From positions 1 to 42,920 of IMG/VR virus record IMGVR_UViG_3300045988_025922: a DNA stretch of 42,920 bases. One strand, written 5' to 3'. Position 1 is the stretch's first letter. Each line of letters begins with the position of its first letter. Shown here piece by piece: positions 10,501-19,511 of this stretch. This DNA is from a virus. A model generated the notes under the pieces. That model saw nothing but the letters and a program-made list of their open reading frames with translations, was not told the origin of the DNA and ran no database searches. The translations under genes and the position numbers were made by a program.

Positions 10501-11042
10501 AGCAAATCGGAAACCTTGTAACGTCAACCGCTTTAATTTGGTCGCAATTGGGGTTCCCGTGGGCGATTCCCGCCATTGCGATAATGTGGGGTTCATTTGC
10601 CGCCGCTAAAATCAAAGCCGCCCAAATGACGAAAGCACAACAGGCGGAAACATACGGCGACGGTACGGTTGAGTTGTTGGGCGGTGGTTCGCACCAGTCC
10701 GGCAACGACGTTGATTTGGGAACCAAGCCGAACGGAACCCGGAGGCGTGCCGAGGGCGGCGAGTTTTTCGCCGTTATCAATAAACGCAATTCCCGCCGTT
10801 ATCGTAAATTGATACCGGACGTTATCGGAGCATTGAACCGGGGAACGTTTGAAAGTAAGTATTTGAACGCATATAGAGGGGCGGACGGCGTAACAATCAA
10901 CGTTTCGCACAATAGCCCGGATATGCGGGATTTGCAAAATGACGTTCGGAAAATCCGGGAACAAAACGAAACCCGGTATTTTACCACGGCGGACGGTAAA
11001 ACGGTAATGATTTACAAGAATTTGAAACGAATAATAAATTAA
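7560..11042 (+). CDS. tail tape measure protein
   Basis: 1160 aa with long A/E/K/Q/L coiled-coil stretches and hydrophobic segments (PYVLLAIALITVVGALVAF; LGFPWAIPAIAIMWGSFAAAKI). It lies directly upstream of the distal tail genes. Confidence 0.8.
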   Translation: MADNNNPIKYSDLVKPDNSITDLINQLDQLSDAYMNTLKNIKSEAITVKAALAGVSGATEQGRTSIRGASSDTDKLTKAARELAFAESENAKRLAELRQARKEANDITKLTQRLNQSAEGSYNKLSAQYSLNKIYLNNMTVEEREATEEGRQLVEQTKAIYEEMKRLQAETGKTSLNVGNYSDAAKGLTTQIENQTKQLALLRLEGKQGTAEYQNLAKETAVLRDAVRDATKEITNMASDTSTLDSVLSLAAGASGGFAAFTGAMELFGSESEEVQEAQKKLQAAIAITTGVQAIQNAVQKQSALMLGISRIQQAALTKAKVYDRLVTMQGTKATLAATVAQKAFNLVASANPYVLLAIALITVVGALVAFSSGTKAAAKNQERLNALQGAYLDTLELESNKLSEVANERVKAIERELQIAQARNASTAEIRKIEDRLATERRRAHNEQVGFYGQEIKDLDTNKAKLEQYRKSLIKLNELKAQGNKKIVWDVELDGNIETYKVDDAINIAQAKIDNYGRMVSIAVDLKTEGDDINTADAVRAAKRQQEQKDAVKTELDLLRKAEDAKNALIQNSYDRQRTIAKAANARQIEDLQYQLKNDANLTARGRAAINATIVSLRQQLTNELVDMENAERAQILSARRVTEDAEIALMVEGSAKQREQLRIQYERQIEDIQTRLDTERGLTEQQTTELLAQQTAARQQYATDLAKLNDQINIDQLNKEANTIQLRLDAVREGSEEEITLRTQLLNKQRALELAQNRQIAAELRQDEKDINAKYDAEILKQTTELSQQRALLLFDQQQALEASEFDLIRNSEERKTRFRLQQEKERLKKILELNKTAGVKLTETEVETIKNTIAKIDQEIQQSKGDERGKDIYGLFGLNLDDDQKEAINASVSFAMEQLQSFLDAKVAAADAAVAAADKEVDSSKRALDAELEARANGYASSVVQAQKDLDLARKTQEKALKDQQKAQKQQAAIQTIQQIGNLVTSTALIWSQLGFPWAIPAIAIMWGSFAAAKIKAAQMTKAQQAETYGDGTVELLGGGSHQSGNDVDLGTKPNGTRRRAEGGEFFAVINKRNSRRYRKLIPDVIGALNRGTFESKYLNAYRGADGVTINVSHNSPDMRDLQNDVRKIREQNETRYFTTADGKTVMIYKNLKRIIN

Positions 11043-11044
11043 CA

Positions 11045-13933
11045 ATGAACCCGATTTATAGGCATTATTTAAGCGGAGGCAATCAAACGGTTAGCGTATC
11101 CGATAATTTGAAAGTTGGGTATTATGACGGTACAACGGGGGTATATAATCCAAACGCCCCCGGTTATCGTTGTGCGATATTCCCGGCAACATACGGCGAT
11201 TATTATTTGCGGAATGGTTGGGCGCAACAAGCGGGCGCACGTATGTTGTGTTTACAATCGGATACAACGGGCGGCGTATTGGCGTTGTCCTTATCCGGCA
11301 CAATCGTTGCCCCGCAAGGAACCAAATTTATTGCCCTTAATTTTTTGGTTGACGCCCGGATTACGGAACCGTACAACGTTCCGTTTACAATCCGACCAAA
11401 CGAGCAATTGCCGGATAATACGACGGGCAATTGGGTTCCCGACCCGGATAGAGATATTACCGACCCAATACCCGTTGCGGGCGCAAGCGCATTCCGAATG
11501 TATGCAAGCGACGGCGGCAATGTTGTTGGGGGCGTTTATGTGTATTCAACGCCCGGTTCCAACGCAAACGGCGTAACGGTTGGCGATTATAACAATTATA
11601 TCCCGGAATTTATCTATACCCCAAAGGAGGGCGACGACCATTTTATTGCCGTGCCCCGTCGCCCCGGAATAGATACAAGTGGAACGTTAAGAATTGAGGC
11701 AACGCCGATATATGAACCGTTGCCCGTTCCCCCGGACGGTTGGCAATATTTTACGCTTACGGAATTAAACAACCTTACAATCGTGGGTTCCGTGTTTCGT
11801 GAAGTGTACCCAAAGTATAAAGACGATTTAAGCAAGGATTGGGAGTTGGAAAGTAACCAACGATTTTATCGGGCGAAATTGTCCGGTAAATTGTCGTTTA
11901 TCCGGGACGATTACAATTATATTGCGGCGCAACCATTCGACACGGAATTTATATACAGGATTGAACAAAGCGACGACGGCGGTATTTCATATTTCCCATA
12001 CTTTACGGGTAAGTTTATGAAAACGGATTGCGAATTTAACCAAGACGACCAAAAAATTACGGTTCAGCCGGACGCATACGACCAATATAACGATACATTG
12101 GCGGGATTGGAAAAGGAGTATAATTTGATTGAGTTAGCCCCGGAGATTGTCCCAATGAAGTTGCAACGCCGCCCGCTTATCCAAATATATATTCCCGGCG
12201 ATACGGTCGTTTCCTGTTTTTTAGGGGGTAATTATTGGGAACAGGACGCCAACGCAACCACGAATAAAAGCGATTTAGTGAATAAGTATTATTTCGCTTT
12301 GGATACCATGTTGAAAGAAGTTAATATAACCGTCAACGGTGCGCCGTCCGATGCGTCCGGGTTATATGGCGGGCGTATGACTTTCCAAAGTAACAATAAC
12401 AATTGGACGGGGACGATTTACAAAGGCGATAATAAATATCAATTAGTTATATCGCAACAACAAATGGGTTTGCCGTGGGCGTATATTGCAACGGTTGAGT
12501 TACGCAGAACCGCCGACCAAGTGGTTTTATTTCGTTATCAGAAAACCACGCAGGGCGATTTTGATAATTTGGACTTTACAATGAATGCCGTCGGAGGCGG
12601 AGCGACCGGAACCGCCACGGCGGAAATGGCAACATACAACGTATTTGCCCGGTATGTTACGGACAATTACCAACCCGCAGGGTCAAGCGTTCACGCATAC
12701 GAAATACCGACGGATGATATTGTTGAGGACAACCGCAATTATCGTTATGCAATTGGGTACGCTTTTGGCGTGGCTTATTTGTCAAATCAATATTCTAATG
12801 TGCCGACGCAATGGGGTATCCGGGATGACGGAACGTATTTTGTGCCGCCGTATAGCATTTGGGGACAACAGTTTTTCCCAATCGCCCGGTCAACGTGGCG
12901 GTATGCGTCCATTTGGTTTGGTTTTTCGGCGTTTGATTGGATAACAGAAAAGCAATGGCGACAACCATATACGTTGCGGGATACAAACCCGTTGTCGTCG
13001 GTTATATCGGTTTTGCTGAAACAATTTGCGCCGGGCATTACCCACGAAGCAACGGAGGAATACAGCCGTTTTTTATACGGAGCGTCGCAACCAATCGGAT
13101 ATTATCGGTTTACTTTGATGTTGTCGCAAAAATCCAACGTCTTAAAAGGCGATTACGACCGACCCGCACAAAAAGCCCCGATAACCTTACAACAGGTTAC
13201 AAATATGTTGCGGGATTGTTTCCGGGCATTTTGGTATATTGAGGACAACAAATTTAAAATCGAGCATATCGAATTTTTCCGCAATGGTGGTTCTTATTAT
13301 GGGGCGACCATTGGGACGGACTTAACGCAATTGCAGAATATCCGCAACGGTAAGAATTGGAGTTTTGCGACAAATAAATGGTCGTTCGATAAGGTCGATT
13401 TGGCGGAACGATACCAATTTGAATGGATGGACGACGTTACAAAAGCGTTTGAGGGGGAACCAATACAAGTAATATCCAAGTATGTAACGCCGGGGAAAGT
13501 GGAAACAATCAATATTTCCAATTTTACGTCCGATGTGGATTATATGTTGTTGAACCCCGGCGATATTTCACAGGACGGATTCGCCTTGTTTGCGGCGGTA
13601 AATAATGGTTCCGGGTTGGAATTGCCGTTTATTGAGTGGCATTTGAACGGGTTAGATTACTTTTTGCAAAATGGGTTGTTGTCTATGTTGTGGATACAAC
13701 CAACATATTACCCGTATGATTTACCCGCCCAAAATGTATTGATTAACGGACAACAATTTTACGCCTATGGAATTGAGCGTAAAAAGAAACAAACGTTAAA
13801 TTATCCGAGTATCGACGACCCCGACCCAATGAAATTAATAAAAACGGGTATTGGTAACGGTCAAGTCGAGAAAATAAGTGTAAATTTGTCGAGTAGAATG
13901 AATAAAATAACGTTGAAGTATGACACCGAATAA
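11045..13933 (+). CDS. distal tail / baseplate protein with an N-terminal repeat module shared with the fibre gene
   Basis: 962-aa ORF starting 3 nt after the tape measure stop. Residues about 113-222 (PFTIRPNEQ...RIEATPI) are about half identical to modules in ORF 14794..17448. Confidence 0.6.
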   Translation: MNPIYRHYLSGGNQTVSVSDNLKVGYYDGTTGVYNPNAPGYRCAIFPATYGDYYLRNGWAQQAGARMLCLQSDTTGGVLALSLSGTIVAPQGTKFIALNFLVDARITEPYNVPFTIRPNEQLPDNTTGNWVPDPDRDITDPIPVAGASAFRMYASDGGNVVGGVYVYSTPGSNANGVTVGDYNNYIPEFIYTPKEGDDHFIAVPRRPGIDTSGTLRIEATPIYEPLPVPPDGWQYFTLTELNNLTIVGSVFREVYPKYKDDLSKDWELESNQRFYRAKLSGKLSFIRDDYNYIAAQPFDTEFIYRIEQSDDGGISYFPYFTGKFMKTDCEFNQDDQKITVQPDAYDQYNDTLAGLEKEYNLIELAPEIVPMKLQRRPLIQIYIPGDTVVSCFLGGNYWEQDANATTNKSDLVNKYYFALDTMLKEVNITVNGAPSDASGLYGGRMTFQSNNNNWTGTIYKGDNKYQLVISQQQMGLPWAYIATVELRRTADQVVLFRYQKTTQGDFDNLDFTMNAVGGGATGTATAEMATYNVFARYVTDNYQPAGSSVHAYEIPTDDIVEDNRNYRYAIGYAFGVAYLSNQYSNVPTQWGIRDDGTYFVPPYSIWGQQFFPIARSTWRYASIWFGFSAFDWITEKQWRQPYTLRDTNPLSSVISVLLKQFAPGITHEATEEYSRFLYGASQPIGYYRFTLMLSQKSNVLKGDYDRPAQKAPITLQQVTNMLRDCFRAFWYIEDNKFKIEHIEFFRNGGSYYGATIGTDLTQLQNIRNGKNWSFATNKWSFDKVDLAERYQFEWMDDVTKAFEGEPIQVISKYVTPGKVETINISNFTSDVDYMLLNPGDISQDGFALFAAVNNGSGLELPFIEWHLNGLDYFLQNGLLSMLWIQPTYYPYDLPAQNVLINGQQFYAYGIERKKKQTLNYPSIDDPDPMKLIKTGIGNGQVEKISVNLSSRMNKITLKYDTE

Positions 13934-14789
13934 TAATCTATCCGTATTACCATTTTACCCGGATGAAAAGTACCAAGATTTCCGCAAATCTTATGCGTAT
14001 GGCGATATATACCCGTTATATACGCCCCCAAATAAGTTGTTGCCGTTTCAGATAGTGCGACCAACTCAAACCGGATTTAATCCAACGGCAATAATTCGGC
14101 GGGTTAATAAGGTTGGATTGGTTGGGGATATTGTTTTGGATGTTACCCAAACGTTATTGCAAGGCGGTTTAAGGGTTGACCGTTTCCCGGCTTTGGGTTA
14201 TGACGTTATCAGTTATCCCGGTATATTGCCATTTCCAACAAACATGGAACAAGGGCAATATTATTTGGGATTCCATGACGGTTATAACCGGAGTGTATCC
14301 GACGTTTTTACGGTTGCGTATGGCGTTGAAAGCTATTTAAAAATTGAATGGTGGGATACGGACAACATGACCTTTGAGGGGGGCGCAATTGATTACAAAG
14401 TACCGTTTAAAAACTTTGTGTATTTATGCGCCCAATTGGGAAAACCGGAATACACTTTTGAGGAAGAGGGCGAAGATAGGGACGGCTTTTTTTTCCCGGA
14501 AAAACAGTTGAGCGAAAAGCGGTATAAATTCCAATTCCTTGCACCGGAATACCTTTGCGACGCTTTGCGGGTTGTTCGTATGGCGGATTACGTGAAAATT
14601 ACGTCTAACGGATTGACGTATGATTGCGACACGTTTTTAATTACTGTAAAATGGCAAACGCAGGGGAATTTGGCGAGTGTGGAGGCGGAATTTGAATGCG
14701 ACACAGTAATTAAAAAGATTGGGCGGGGCGTCGTGCCGACTAATTTAGGAGATTTCAACGACGATTTTAATAACGATTTTAACAATTAG
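13920..14789 (+). CDS. tail protein, function unassigned
   Basis: 289-aa ORF between two large tail genes. The C-terminus is three tandem 12-bp units encoding DFNDDFNNDFNN. Confidence 0.5.
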   Translation: MTPNNNLSVLPFYPDEKYQDFRKSYAYGDIYPLYTPPNKLLPFQIVRPTQTGFNPTAIIRRVNKVGLVGDIVLDVTQTLLQGGLRVDRFPALGYDVISYPGILPFPTNMEQGQYYLGFHDGYNRSVSDVFTVAYGVESYLKIEWWDTDNMTFEGGAIDYKVPFKNFVYLCAQLGKPEYTFEEEGEDRDGFFFPEKQLSEKRYKFQFLAPEYLCDALRVVRMADYVKITSNGLTYDCDTFLITVKWQTQGNLASVEAEFECDTVIKKIGRGVVPTNLGDFNDDFNNDFNN

Positions 14790-14793
14790 TAGT

Positions 14794-17448
14794 ATGGCAA
14801 ATTGGACTGAATTAATTGCGGCGATTAACGCTGTTATTAAAACAAACGGGAACCGGGCAATTACCGGGGCAATCCTGCAAAACGTGTTGGATACAATGGT
14901 TACGAATTTGGGAGCAAACCGACAATATGCCGGGGTTGCAACCCGTCGAACCAATCCGGGAACCCCGGACGGAAATGTTTATTACCTTGCAAACGGCGGC
15001 GGCACGTTTACGGGGTTCGGGGAATTGGTTGTTGACGCCCGGCAATTAACCCTTTTGTACAACACGGCGTCCGGTTGGGGTAAACTTGCGTTGAATGTTC
15101 CGACGGCGGCAGAATCAGCCAAAACACGGGTATTGGGTGCAACGGGTTACAATTGGAATTTATACGACCCGGCGACCCGTTCGTTAAATACTAAATTGGA
15201 CGCAAGCGGCAACCCGATAGAATCAACCATTTTTGATACGTCCGATTATATACCGGTATCGCAGGGTTCATATACAGCCGCCCCCGGTGCGGGGATGTTG
15301 CGTTTGTATGATGCCGGAAAGTCCTATTTATCAACAATAGGTACGGCGGTTGGTAATATTGCCCCCTTTGACCGAATACAGGAATTTATTATTGCCAATC
15401 CGAATGCGGCGTTTGCCCGATTGGTTGTATATCAAGAAACCGCCGATATATGCGTATTTTCCCGGCGTGCGGTTCCAATGGATTACGGGATTAGCCAATA
15501 CGCAAGTCCGGCAACCGAACACAATATTGCAAATACGGTTGGGTTGGCACGGGTAAAAATTCCGTTCCGGTTAAGAACCAATAGCCAAACGCCCGTTATT
15601 GATAAGAACGGTAACGATTATTTCCCCGTTGATAAAAGCCGGGATATTTCGGATTATATCAATGTAACCCAATTAACGGACATAACTATTACAACAAAAA
15701 ATGGAAAGTTAATTGCGCCGTGTTTGTTCATGTATGGTGCGGACTTTTCATATTTGGGTATGATAGGCAATAATATGGGTGCGGTTGAACAATATACAGC
15801 GTCGTTAGTTGGTCGAAATGCCGCGTATGTTATTGCCCTTTTCAGACGTCCCGAAAATCTGCCAAATAATGTGGCGGGAACGTATGACGTTGAAATTACG
15901 GGAACAATTAAAGGGTCGTCAATTGAAGTGTTCAAACCGAACCAACAATTAACCCCGTATGCAATGCCGTTTACAATTCGGAATAATGAACAACCACCGA
16001 CCGCCGCCGGATATGTTCCCGACCCGGAACGAGATTGTACCGATTATATCCCAACCGCCGGGGTCAAGTCTTTTAAAATGACAGCCGGGGGCGACAATGT
16101 TATTGGGGGTATTTCAGTATATAACGCAAAAGCAACAAACCGCGTAACAGTTGGCAATTATAATAATTATGTACCGGAGTTCGTATATACCCCGGAACCC
16201 GGACAAAATTATTTCGTTGCCGTAACCCGACGCCCCGGTTTTCCGTCCAATGCGGCAAAATTTGCAATTGAAGCAACCCCCGTTGGAACCGCCGTTGCGA
16301 TTATGGAAAACAAACAACCGCCCGCCAATGGCGTTTACTCGACCGACCCGGAAAGGGACGTAACGGATTATATCCCGGTATTGGGTAAAACGTTGGTAAC
16401 AATGAAAGGCAACGGAAAAAAGGTATCATGTGCGTTTATGTTTTATGAGAGCAAACAAAGTGTTGGCGTAACCGTTGGTAATTTTGCCAACTATGCCAAC
16501 GAATTTACGGCGGAGGTTCCCGAAAACGCCCGTTATGTTGTGGTTGTTACCCGTCGCCCCGGAATGCCAAACAATGCCGATTCAATCAGTATTGAAGTTG
16601 TAGGAACCCCAACGTTAATGTATTTCGGAAATGAGGTTTACGACCCGGCACAGGATACCAATTTGATTGCCCGTATTGCGGATAAAATCGACGTGCAGAA
16701 CGTAAATTTGGAGGGTAAGAAAGCCGCCGTTTTTGGTTCGTCGAATACAACCCAATATTACGGAATTTGGTTCCAAGACCTTTGCGATTATTTCAAAATG
16801 GATTATAAGATTTACGGGATTGGCGGCGCAACGTATCCGATTGTTCCCGGAAATAATGTTTGGAGTGGCGCAAGTGGTATCGCGGAGGAAGTTTTGGGAC
16901 AACCAAACAGCATGGTAACGGAGGTTGAATATAAATTGAACAACGACCCAACGTTTATACCGGACGTATTTATGTTCAATTCCGGGTTCAATGAAGCGGC
17001 ATTAAAACCGCCCGTTGGAGATTTGGCAACCGTGTTTACAAAAACGTTGGACGAAATACGCAATAGTACCGATTCAAATTTTGGTATCAATACGTTAATT
17101 GGCGGTATGCGTTGGTGCTTAGAAACGTTAATGATAAATTACCCGGATGCGGTATTTATCGGTATGATACCGTTTCAAGCCTCAAACGTTCCGACCGCCT
17201 ATTTTATTGAAACCCTTTTGCAACCAATGTTGGAAACGTTCGGACGGTTGGCAATCCCGGTTATCAATTGTTTGTATGACGGCGGGTTTTACTCACAGTT
17301 TGAGAACGCCGCCCCGTACAAATATACCGTCGATTCAATTCATGTTCGATTAGGAACAAACATAAACGAGAAAGGGCGATTTGTTCAAAACGAGTTTTTG
17401 AAACGCAATTTCTTAAATGTATATTACCCAAAGAATAACGCACAATGA
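14794..17448 (+). CDS. tail fibre / receptor-binding protein with four tandem modules and a C-terminal SGNH (GDSL-type) esterase domain
   Basis: 884 aa. It has repeated D-x-T/S-D-Y-I-P/N-V/T and A-x-x-R-R-P motifs. C-terminal SGNH blocks are AAVFGSSNT (I), GIGGAT (II), FNSGFNEA (III) and DSIHV (V). Confidence 0.7.
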   Translation: MANWTELIAAINAVIKTNGNRAITGAILQNVLDTMVTNLGANRQYAGVATRRTNPGTPDGNVYYLANGGGTFTGFGELVVDARQLTLLYNTASGWGKLALNVPTAAESAKTRVLGATGYNWNLYDPATRSLNTKLDASGNPIESTIFDTSDYIPVSQGSYTAAPGAGMLRLYDAGKSYLSTIGTAVGNIAPFDRIQEFIIANPNAAFARLVVYQETADICVFSRRAVPMDYGISQYASPATEHNIANTVGLARVKIPFRLRTNSQTPVIDKNGNDYFPVDKSRDISDYINVTQLTDITITTKNGKLIAPCLFMYGADFSYLGMIGNNMGAVEQYTASLVGRNAAYVIALFRRPENLPNNVAGTYDVEITGTIKGSSIEVFKPNQQLTPYAMPFTIRNNEQPPTAAGYVPDPERDCTDYIPTAGVKSFKMTAGGDNVIGGISVYNAKATNRVTVGNYNNYVPEFVYTPEPGQNYFVAVTRRPGFPSNAAKFAIEATPVGTAVAIMENKQPPANGVYSTDPERDVTDYIPVLGKTLVTMKGNGKKVSCAFMFYESKQSVGVTVGNFANYANEFTAEVPENARYVVVVTRRPGMPNNADSISIEVVGTPTLMYFGNEVYDPAQDTNLIARIADKIDVQNVNLEGKKAAVFGSSNTTQYYGIWFQDLCDYFKMDYKIYGIGGATYPIVPGNNVWSGASGIAEEVLGQPNSMVTEVEYKLNNDPTFIPDVFMFNSGFNEAALKPPVGDLATVFTKTLDEIRNSTDSNFGINTLIGGMRWCLETLMINYPDAVFIGMIPFQASNVPTAYFIETLLQPMLETFGRLAIPVINCLYDGGFYSQFENAAPYKYTVDSIHVRLGTNINEKGRFVQNEFLKRNFLNVYYPKNNAQ

Positions 17449-17918
17449 TTGGAACCGTGATACAGGAACGCAATATTATTAACGGAGCGACCGCCGCAAT
17501 GGTCGCCCCGTTATTGGATTTTTACCAAAAGTTGGTTCCGTTCCTACTTTTGGCAATCGTTTTAATTATCGTTGATAGTCGGTTTGGAATAGCCGCCGCC
17601 AAAAAGCGTGGCGAAACAATCCGCACGTCCCGGAAGTGGAGGCGGGCGATAAATAAATTGGTTGATTATGTTTGTTGGGTAACGTTGGCGGGATTATTTG
17701 GAACCGCATACGGCGAAATATTGGGGATACCTATATTGTCGGCGTTGTTCCTGTTAATCGTGTACGGCGTTGAAGTTTCAAGTTGTTTTAATAATTACTT
17801 TGAGTACAAGGGAATTAAAAAACGCATTAATATTTTTAAATTGTTTAACCGCCCGGAGGTCGAGAATTGTATTGAAGATATACCGGACGAAAAAAAGGAG
17901 GACAAAGAAAATGAGTAA
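17445..17918 (+). CDS. holin (Phage_holin_4_1-like)
   Basis: 157 aa with three hydrophobic segments and the motif IVDSRFGIAAAKKRGE...SRKWRRAINKL typical of that holin family. ATGA overlap with the fibre gene. It lies directly upstream of the amidase gene. Confidence 0.6.
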   Translation: MIGTVIQERNIINGATAAMVAPLLDFYQKLVPFLLLAIVLIIVDSRFGIAAAKKRGETIRTSRKWRRAINKLVDYVCWVTLAGLFGTAYGEILGIPILSALFLLIVYGVEVSSCFNNYFEYKGIKKRINIFKLFNRPEVENCIEDIPDEKKEDKENE

Positions 17919-18504
17919 ACCGATTATTATTTTGGATAACGGGCACGGCATGGAAACGCCCGGTAAACGTTCGCCCGTATGGAGCGACGGAAAGCAATTG
18001 TTTGAATATGAATTTAACCGGGACATTGTGCGCCGCATTGAGGGCGCATTAAACGAACGGGGTATTGCGAACGTGGTATTGGTTCCCGAATGGAACGATA
18101 TACCATTGGCAGACCGGGCAAAGCGTGCCAACGACATTGCCAAAGGCAACAAAGGGGGCGCAATCCTTATTTCGGTACACGCCAACGCCGGGGGCGGTAC
18201 GGGTTGGGAGGTTTACACGTCGCCCGGACAAACCAAAGCCGACCCGTTGGCGACCATATTATACGAGGAAGCGGAAAAAGAATTTGCCCCGGACGGTTGG
18301 CGTATGCGTGCCGACCATTCAGACGGCGACCCGGATAAGGAAAGCAATTTTTATATCCTAACCAAAACAAGTTGCCCGGCGATGTTGTCGGAAAACTTTT
18401 TTATGGATACGGAAAAGGATTGCCGTTTCATTATGAGCGTTGAGGGTCGCAAGCGTATTGCGGACGTCCACGTTAGGGCAATCGAAAGGATGTTGCAGGG
18501 ATGA
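17911..18504 (+). CDS. N-acetylmuramoyl-L-alanine amidase (endolysin, Amidase_3 type)
   Basis: ILDNGHGMETPGKRSP, ISVHANAGGG and NFYILTKTSCPAMLSENFFMDT motifs. The start is chosen at the ATG at 17911 (MSKPIIIL), inside track ORF 17770..18504. Confidence 0.85.
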   Translation: MSKPIIILDNGHGMETPGKRSPVWSDGKQLFEYEFNRDIVRRIEGALNERGIANVVLVPEWNDIPLADRAKRANDIAKGNKGGAILISVHANAGGGTGWEVYTSPGQTKADPLATILYEEAEKEFAPDGWRMRADHSDGDPDKESNFYILTKTSCPAMLSENFFMDTEKDCRFIMSVEGRKRIADVHVRAIERMLQG

Positions 18505-19115
18505 AAAAAATACTAATCTATACGGCGGTAATTGGGATAATTGCCGCCGTACTTTGGGGACAACACGCCCGTATAAAGTCGTTGAAGTCTGAACGGGACA
18601 AATACAAGTCCAACACGGAAACGTTATTGCAGGACGTCGAACATTACCAAACAAAAGACAGTTTGAACGCCGTAACCGTTGGAGTTCTGCAATTGAAGTT
18701 GTCAGAGTTTGAAAAGTACCGGGCGGACGATGCGGCGTTAATAAAAACGTTGCAGACAAAGAACCGGAATTTGCAAGCGGTTACGACCGCCCAAACGGAA
18801 ACGATAAACGAATTGCGGGGAACCGTCCGGGATAGTATCGTATATTTGCCCGGCGACACGGTTACGACTGTATTACGTTGTGTTGACATTGTGGACGAAT
18901 GGTTTGAATTGCACGGATGCGCCAAACCGGACGGGTCGTTTACCGGGACGCATATAAACCGGGATAGTCTATTGATTGCGGCGACCGTCAAATATAAACG
19001 GTTTTTGGGGTTCCTTTGGAAAACCCGAAAGGTAAAAGATAGAAAGATTGACGCCGTAAGCAAAAACCCCGCAACAACCATATTGGGGGTTGAGTATATC
19101 GAAATAGAACAATAA
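18501..19115 (+). CDS. spanin-like / lysis accessory protein with an N-terminal membrane anchor
   Basis: 204 aa. N-terminal TM segment (ILIYTAVIGIIAAVLWG) followed by a coiled-coil region. ATGA overlap with the endolysin gene. Confidence 0.4.
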   Translation: MKKILIYTAVIGIIAAVLWGQHARIKSLKSERDKYKSNTETLLQDVEHYQTKDSLNAVTVGVLQLKLSEFEKYRADDAALIKTLQTKNRNLQAVTTAQTETINELRGTVRDSIVYLPGDTVTTVLRCVDIVDEWFELHGCAKPDGSFTGTHINRDSLLIAATVKYKRFLGFLWKTRKVKDRKIDAVSKNPATTILGVEYIEIEQ

Positions 19116-19217
19116 GGGGGCAATAGCCAATGCCAACCCGGATGCGAGAATTACGAAACATTTACGCACCGCCGCAAAAAGTTCTACCAATATGAATATA
19201 GAGCCGAGGACGGCGAA

Positions 19218-19469
19218 TTGTTTACGTGCGTAAAGCCTACATTGTCCGAATGCCGGGCGATACGGGACGAACATTTTAAACCCGTGGTTGTAGTTTATAC
19301 CCCGGAGGAGTTCCAAACAAAAGGGTTCGACGGCGAAATTGCAAAGTATATGCGGGAACACACTAATACGGCAATCGTCGGCGATGTTCCCGGAGTTGAC
19401 CGCCACGTTATCCGGTTCCGTACACATAAGGATTGGACGAATTACAAAAACCCTTATTCAACAAAGTAA
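19218..19469 (+). CDS. hypothetical protein; true 5' end probably at ATG 19130 in another frame (see findings)
   Basis: The frame is open from 19116 with no ATG or GTG before TTG 19218. The upstream codons read as protein (KKFYQYEYRAEDGEL). Confidence 0.45.
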   Translation: MFTCVKPTLSECRAIRDEHFKPVVVVYTPEEFQTKGFDGEIAKYMREHTNTAIVGDVPGVDRHVIRFRTHKDWTNYKNPYSTK

Positions 19470-19475
19470 TAACCC

Positions 19476-19495
19476 GCCGGGGGTTCGCCCCCCGG
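19476..19495 (+). terminator. 8-bp GC hairpin with a UUCG tetraloop
   Basis: gccggggg ttcg cccccggc immediately after the TAATAA stop. Confidence 0.6.
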
Positions 19496-19511
19496 CACAA
19501 CAACAAAGATT

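Noticed and set aside
14751-14786. Three tandem 12-bp units (gatttcaacgac gattttaataac gattttaacaat) encoding DFNDDFNNDFNN at the end of ORF 13920..14789
   Set aside because: The repeat is real but short, and most simply it is an acidic C-terminal tail. It gives no basis for a separate functional claim.
11381-16605. Diversity-generating retroelement targeting the repeated tail modules
   Set aside because: There is no reverse transcriptase gene and no non-coding template repeat anywhere in the genome. The copies differ at all base types rather than only at adenines.
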